Shown in pieces: positions 58,131 through 61,650 of a stretch of 61,650 bases of DNA. The translations under genes were made by a program, and so were the position numbers. Positions within the stretch are counted from its first letter, which is position 1, and every line of letters begins with the position of its first letter. A model generated the notes under the pieces. It was not told where the DNA came from. It worked only from the letters and a program-made list of their open reading frames with translations, and made no database searches. The DNA is from Oscillospiraceae bacterium (GTDB lineage Bacteria > Bacillota > Clostridia > Oscillospirales > JAGBHD01): assembly GCA_018110785.1 (NCBI GenBank), contig JAGBHD010000054.1, positions 1 through 61,650 of the forward strand, read 5' to 3'.

Positions 58131-58415
58131 ATGAACATTAAACCGTTGCTCGATAGAGTTGTTTTAAAATCGGTAGAAGCAGAGGAAACTACCAAAAGCG
58201 GAATTATCCTTTCTGCAGGCTCTAAGGAAAAACCTCAGATTGCTGAGGTTGTAGCAGTTGGCCCCGGCGGAATTGTTGATGGAAAAGAAGTTAAAATGTT
58301 CTTGAATGTAGGCGATAGGGTTATTGCCGCAAAATATGCAGGAACAGAAATCAAGCTTGATGACAAGGAATATACAATCCTTCGTCAGGCTGATGTTTTA
58401 GCAATAGTTGAATAA
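58131..58415 (+). CDS. groES: Co-chaperonin GroES
   Basis: KPLLDRV, TKSGIIL, VAVGPG, KYAGTE. Confidence 0.98.
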   Translation: MNIKPLLDRVVLKSVEAEETTKSGIILSAGSKEKPQIAEVVAVGPGGIVDGKEVKMFLNVGDRVIAAKYAGTEIKLDDKEYTILRQADVLAIVE

Positions 58416-58421
58416 ACATAA

Positions 58422-60071
<1,650 letters not shown>

Positions 60072-60083
60072 AAACAACAAAAT

Positions 60084-60116
60084 AGCCTTTCTGCAAAAAA
60101 GCAGAAAGGCTTTTTT
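60084..60116 (+). terminator. Intrinsic terminator after groEL
   Basis: AGCCTTTCTGC-AAAAAA-GCAGAAAGGCT-TTTTT. Confidence 0.9.
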
Positions 60117-60261
60117 GTTGCTTTTAAGAACGATATAGTTTGTAAAATGCAAAAAATAATGGACTGCAAAAAAATGCGAAAAAATTAAATTTTTAAATCT
60201 TTAACAAGCGCGGCCCTTACTTGATTTTTATACAAAAATAATTTAAAATGAAAGTTAAACT

Positions 60262-60354
60262 ATGAAAAATAATAACTTCGCATCTGCAGTATAACTTATC
60301 GCCGAATATCTAAACGCTCGGCTCGATGAATATCTCGGAATTTTGGAAAGATAA
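60262..60354 (+). pseudogene. Possible C-terminal gene remnant (Fic-family-like)
   Basis: One frame reads MKNNNFASAV*LIAEYLNARLDEYLGILER* and ends just before the res RBS. The Fic resemblance is from recall only. Confidence 0.3.
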
Positions 60355-60375
60355 TGCGTGATCAGGAGGAAAACA

Positions 60376-61650
60376 ATGTTCTATAAAATGATAGAGAACA
60401 AGTGCAAAGAGTGGTATGCTTCAGAACAATGCACGGTTCATAATTTAATTGAATATATAGAGAAAACCGGACAAATGAGAGATGCTCAGATCGAAGCTAT
60501 CAAGGTTTACCTGTTCCTCAAAATCGGTTGCGAATGTAAGCCATTGGAATTTTTATTTAGGTGCGGTTATTTTAACTCTATCGATCTAAATGATATAGAG
60601 TTGTCTACTGCAACACGTGAATACTTAGAAGAAAATTCTGCAGCAACAGCATTATTTGAATATTCGCGTCTGACATACGACAAAGGAGAACAGGTTTCTG
60701 AGAAACTAGAAAAGCAGATTAAGAAAGATCCGTCAAGTGTGGACTATAAAGATTTCTTTCGAACAGCATTTTATGGTGTTTCCTATACCGATTATCTGTT
60801 CAGTCTTCCTATGGGTGCGGGCAAAACATATCTTATGGCGGCGTTTATCTATCTTGATTTATATTTTGCTCTCAACGAGCCTACCAATCCCGCTTTTGCC
60901 CATAACTTTATCATTTTTGCACCGTCGGGTTTGAAATCCTCTGTTGTTCCGAGTCTTAAAACGATTCAAAACTTTAACTCTGCGTGGATCATTCCCGAAC
61001 CTGCCGCAACAGATATCAAGCGAATGATCTCTTTTGAAGTATTGGATCAGGGAAAGACCGCAAACAAATCCAACAAAACCAAGAACCCGAACGTTCAGAA
61101 GATTGCTAATCATCAGCCGCTTTCCGAACTTTTCGGTTTGGTTGCTGTAACTAATGCCGAAAAGGTTATCCTTGACCGTATTCAAGAGAAAAACGGTCAG
61201 ATTAGTTTGTTTGAAGAAAGCGACGATGAAAAAGATAGACAAGCTAATGAACTCCGTAACCTCATTGGCAAACTGCCGTCCCTTTCCATTTTCATTGACG
61301 AGGTGCATCACGCTGTTAGCGATGAAATAAAGCTTCGTGCCGTTGTAACCAAATGGGCGCAGAATAACACCGTCAACTCCGTTATCGGTTTTTCGGGTAC
61401 GCCTTATCTTGAAAAAGCAGAGAAGTTCAAGGTTGTAGATTCTCTTTCTGTTGGCACTGCTGAGATCACAAACATTGTTTACTACTATCCTCTTATTGAT
61501 GGTGTAGGCAACTTCTTAAAACGCCCTATCGTAAAAATTGCAGATATCGCAGACAGTAGTTTGATTATCGAAAAAGGTGTCAGAGAGTTCCTTGATACAT
61601 ACAAGGACACTGTCTATGCCGATGGACTGACTGCCAAACTTGGTATCTAC
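60376..61650 (+). CDS. Type III restriction-modification Res subunit-like SF2 helicase, 3'-truncated by the window edge (absent from the ORF track)
   Basis: RBS AGGAGG; frame open to the window end (425 codons). Q-motif MRDAQIEAI, Walker A LPMGAGKT, Walker B IFIDEVHH, motif III GFSGTP. Confidence 0.82.
   Translation, partial: MFYKMIENKCKEWYASEQCTVHNLIEYIEKTGQMRDAQIEAIKVYLFLKIGCECKPLEFLFRCGYFNSIDLNDIELSTATREYLEENSAATALFEYSRLTYDKGEQVSEKLEKQIKKDPSSVDYKDFFRTAFYGVSYTDYLFSLPMGAGKTYLMAAFIYLDLYFALNEPTNPAFAHNFIIFAPSGLKSSVVPSLKTIQNFNSAWIIPEPAATDIKRMISFEVLDQGKTANKSNKTKNPNVQKIANHQPLSELFGLVAVTNAEKVILDRIQEKNGQISLFEESDDEKDRQANELRNLIGKLPSLSIFIDEVHHAVSDEIKLRAVVTKWAQNNTVNSVIGFSGTPYLEKAEKFKVVDSLSVGTAEITNIVYYYPLIDGVGNFLKRPIVKIADIADSSLIIEKGVREFLDTYKDTVYADGLTAKLGIY

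Noticed and set aside
60737-61311. ORFs 60737..60934 (+) and 60859..61311 (-)
   Set aside because: Shadow frames of the long Res-subunit CDS starting at 60376.

Overview
A 61.6-kb chromosomal window from an anaerobic, spore-forming Clostridia bacterium (Oscillospirales-like by inference). Left to right it holds: the 3' end of a Cys-repeat surface protein; the complete S10-spc-alpha ribosomal cluster (rpsJ to rplQ, with secY, adk, map, infA, rpoA); metY-metA; a YerC/TrpR-family regulator plus hisZGDCBHAF(IE)K; and a 13.7-kb branched-chain cluster. In that cluster three T-box riboswitches (specifiers Leu-CUC, Ile-AUC, Val-GUA) each gate a different acyl-CoA synthetase, followed by ilvE, an NTPase, a ferredoxin and a Vor-type 2-oxoacid:ferredoxin oxidoreductase. 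This looks like a route making Leu/Ile/Val from branched-chain fatty acids by reductive carboxylation, and it includes an apparently catalytically dead LeuA homologue. Further right are a lipid kinase, a GT2 glycosyltransferase, a yybP-ykoY riboswitch over an orphan OadB/OadG-like pair, spoIIID, a Fur-family regulator with a Zn/Mn ABC transporter, PFOR, a radical SAM protein, dut, a second YerC, a methyltransferase, hslO, tyrS, degV, CIRCE-groESL and the 5' part of a type III restriction Res subunit. Three single-base deletions (rplB, metA, vorB) look like assembly errors. All calls are from manual reading; no searches were run.
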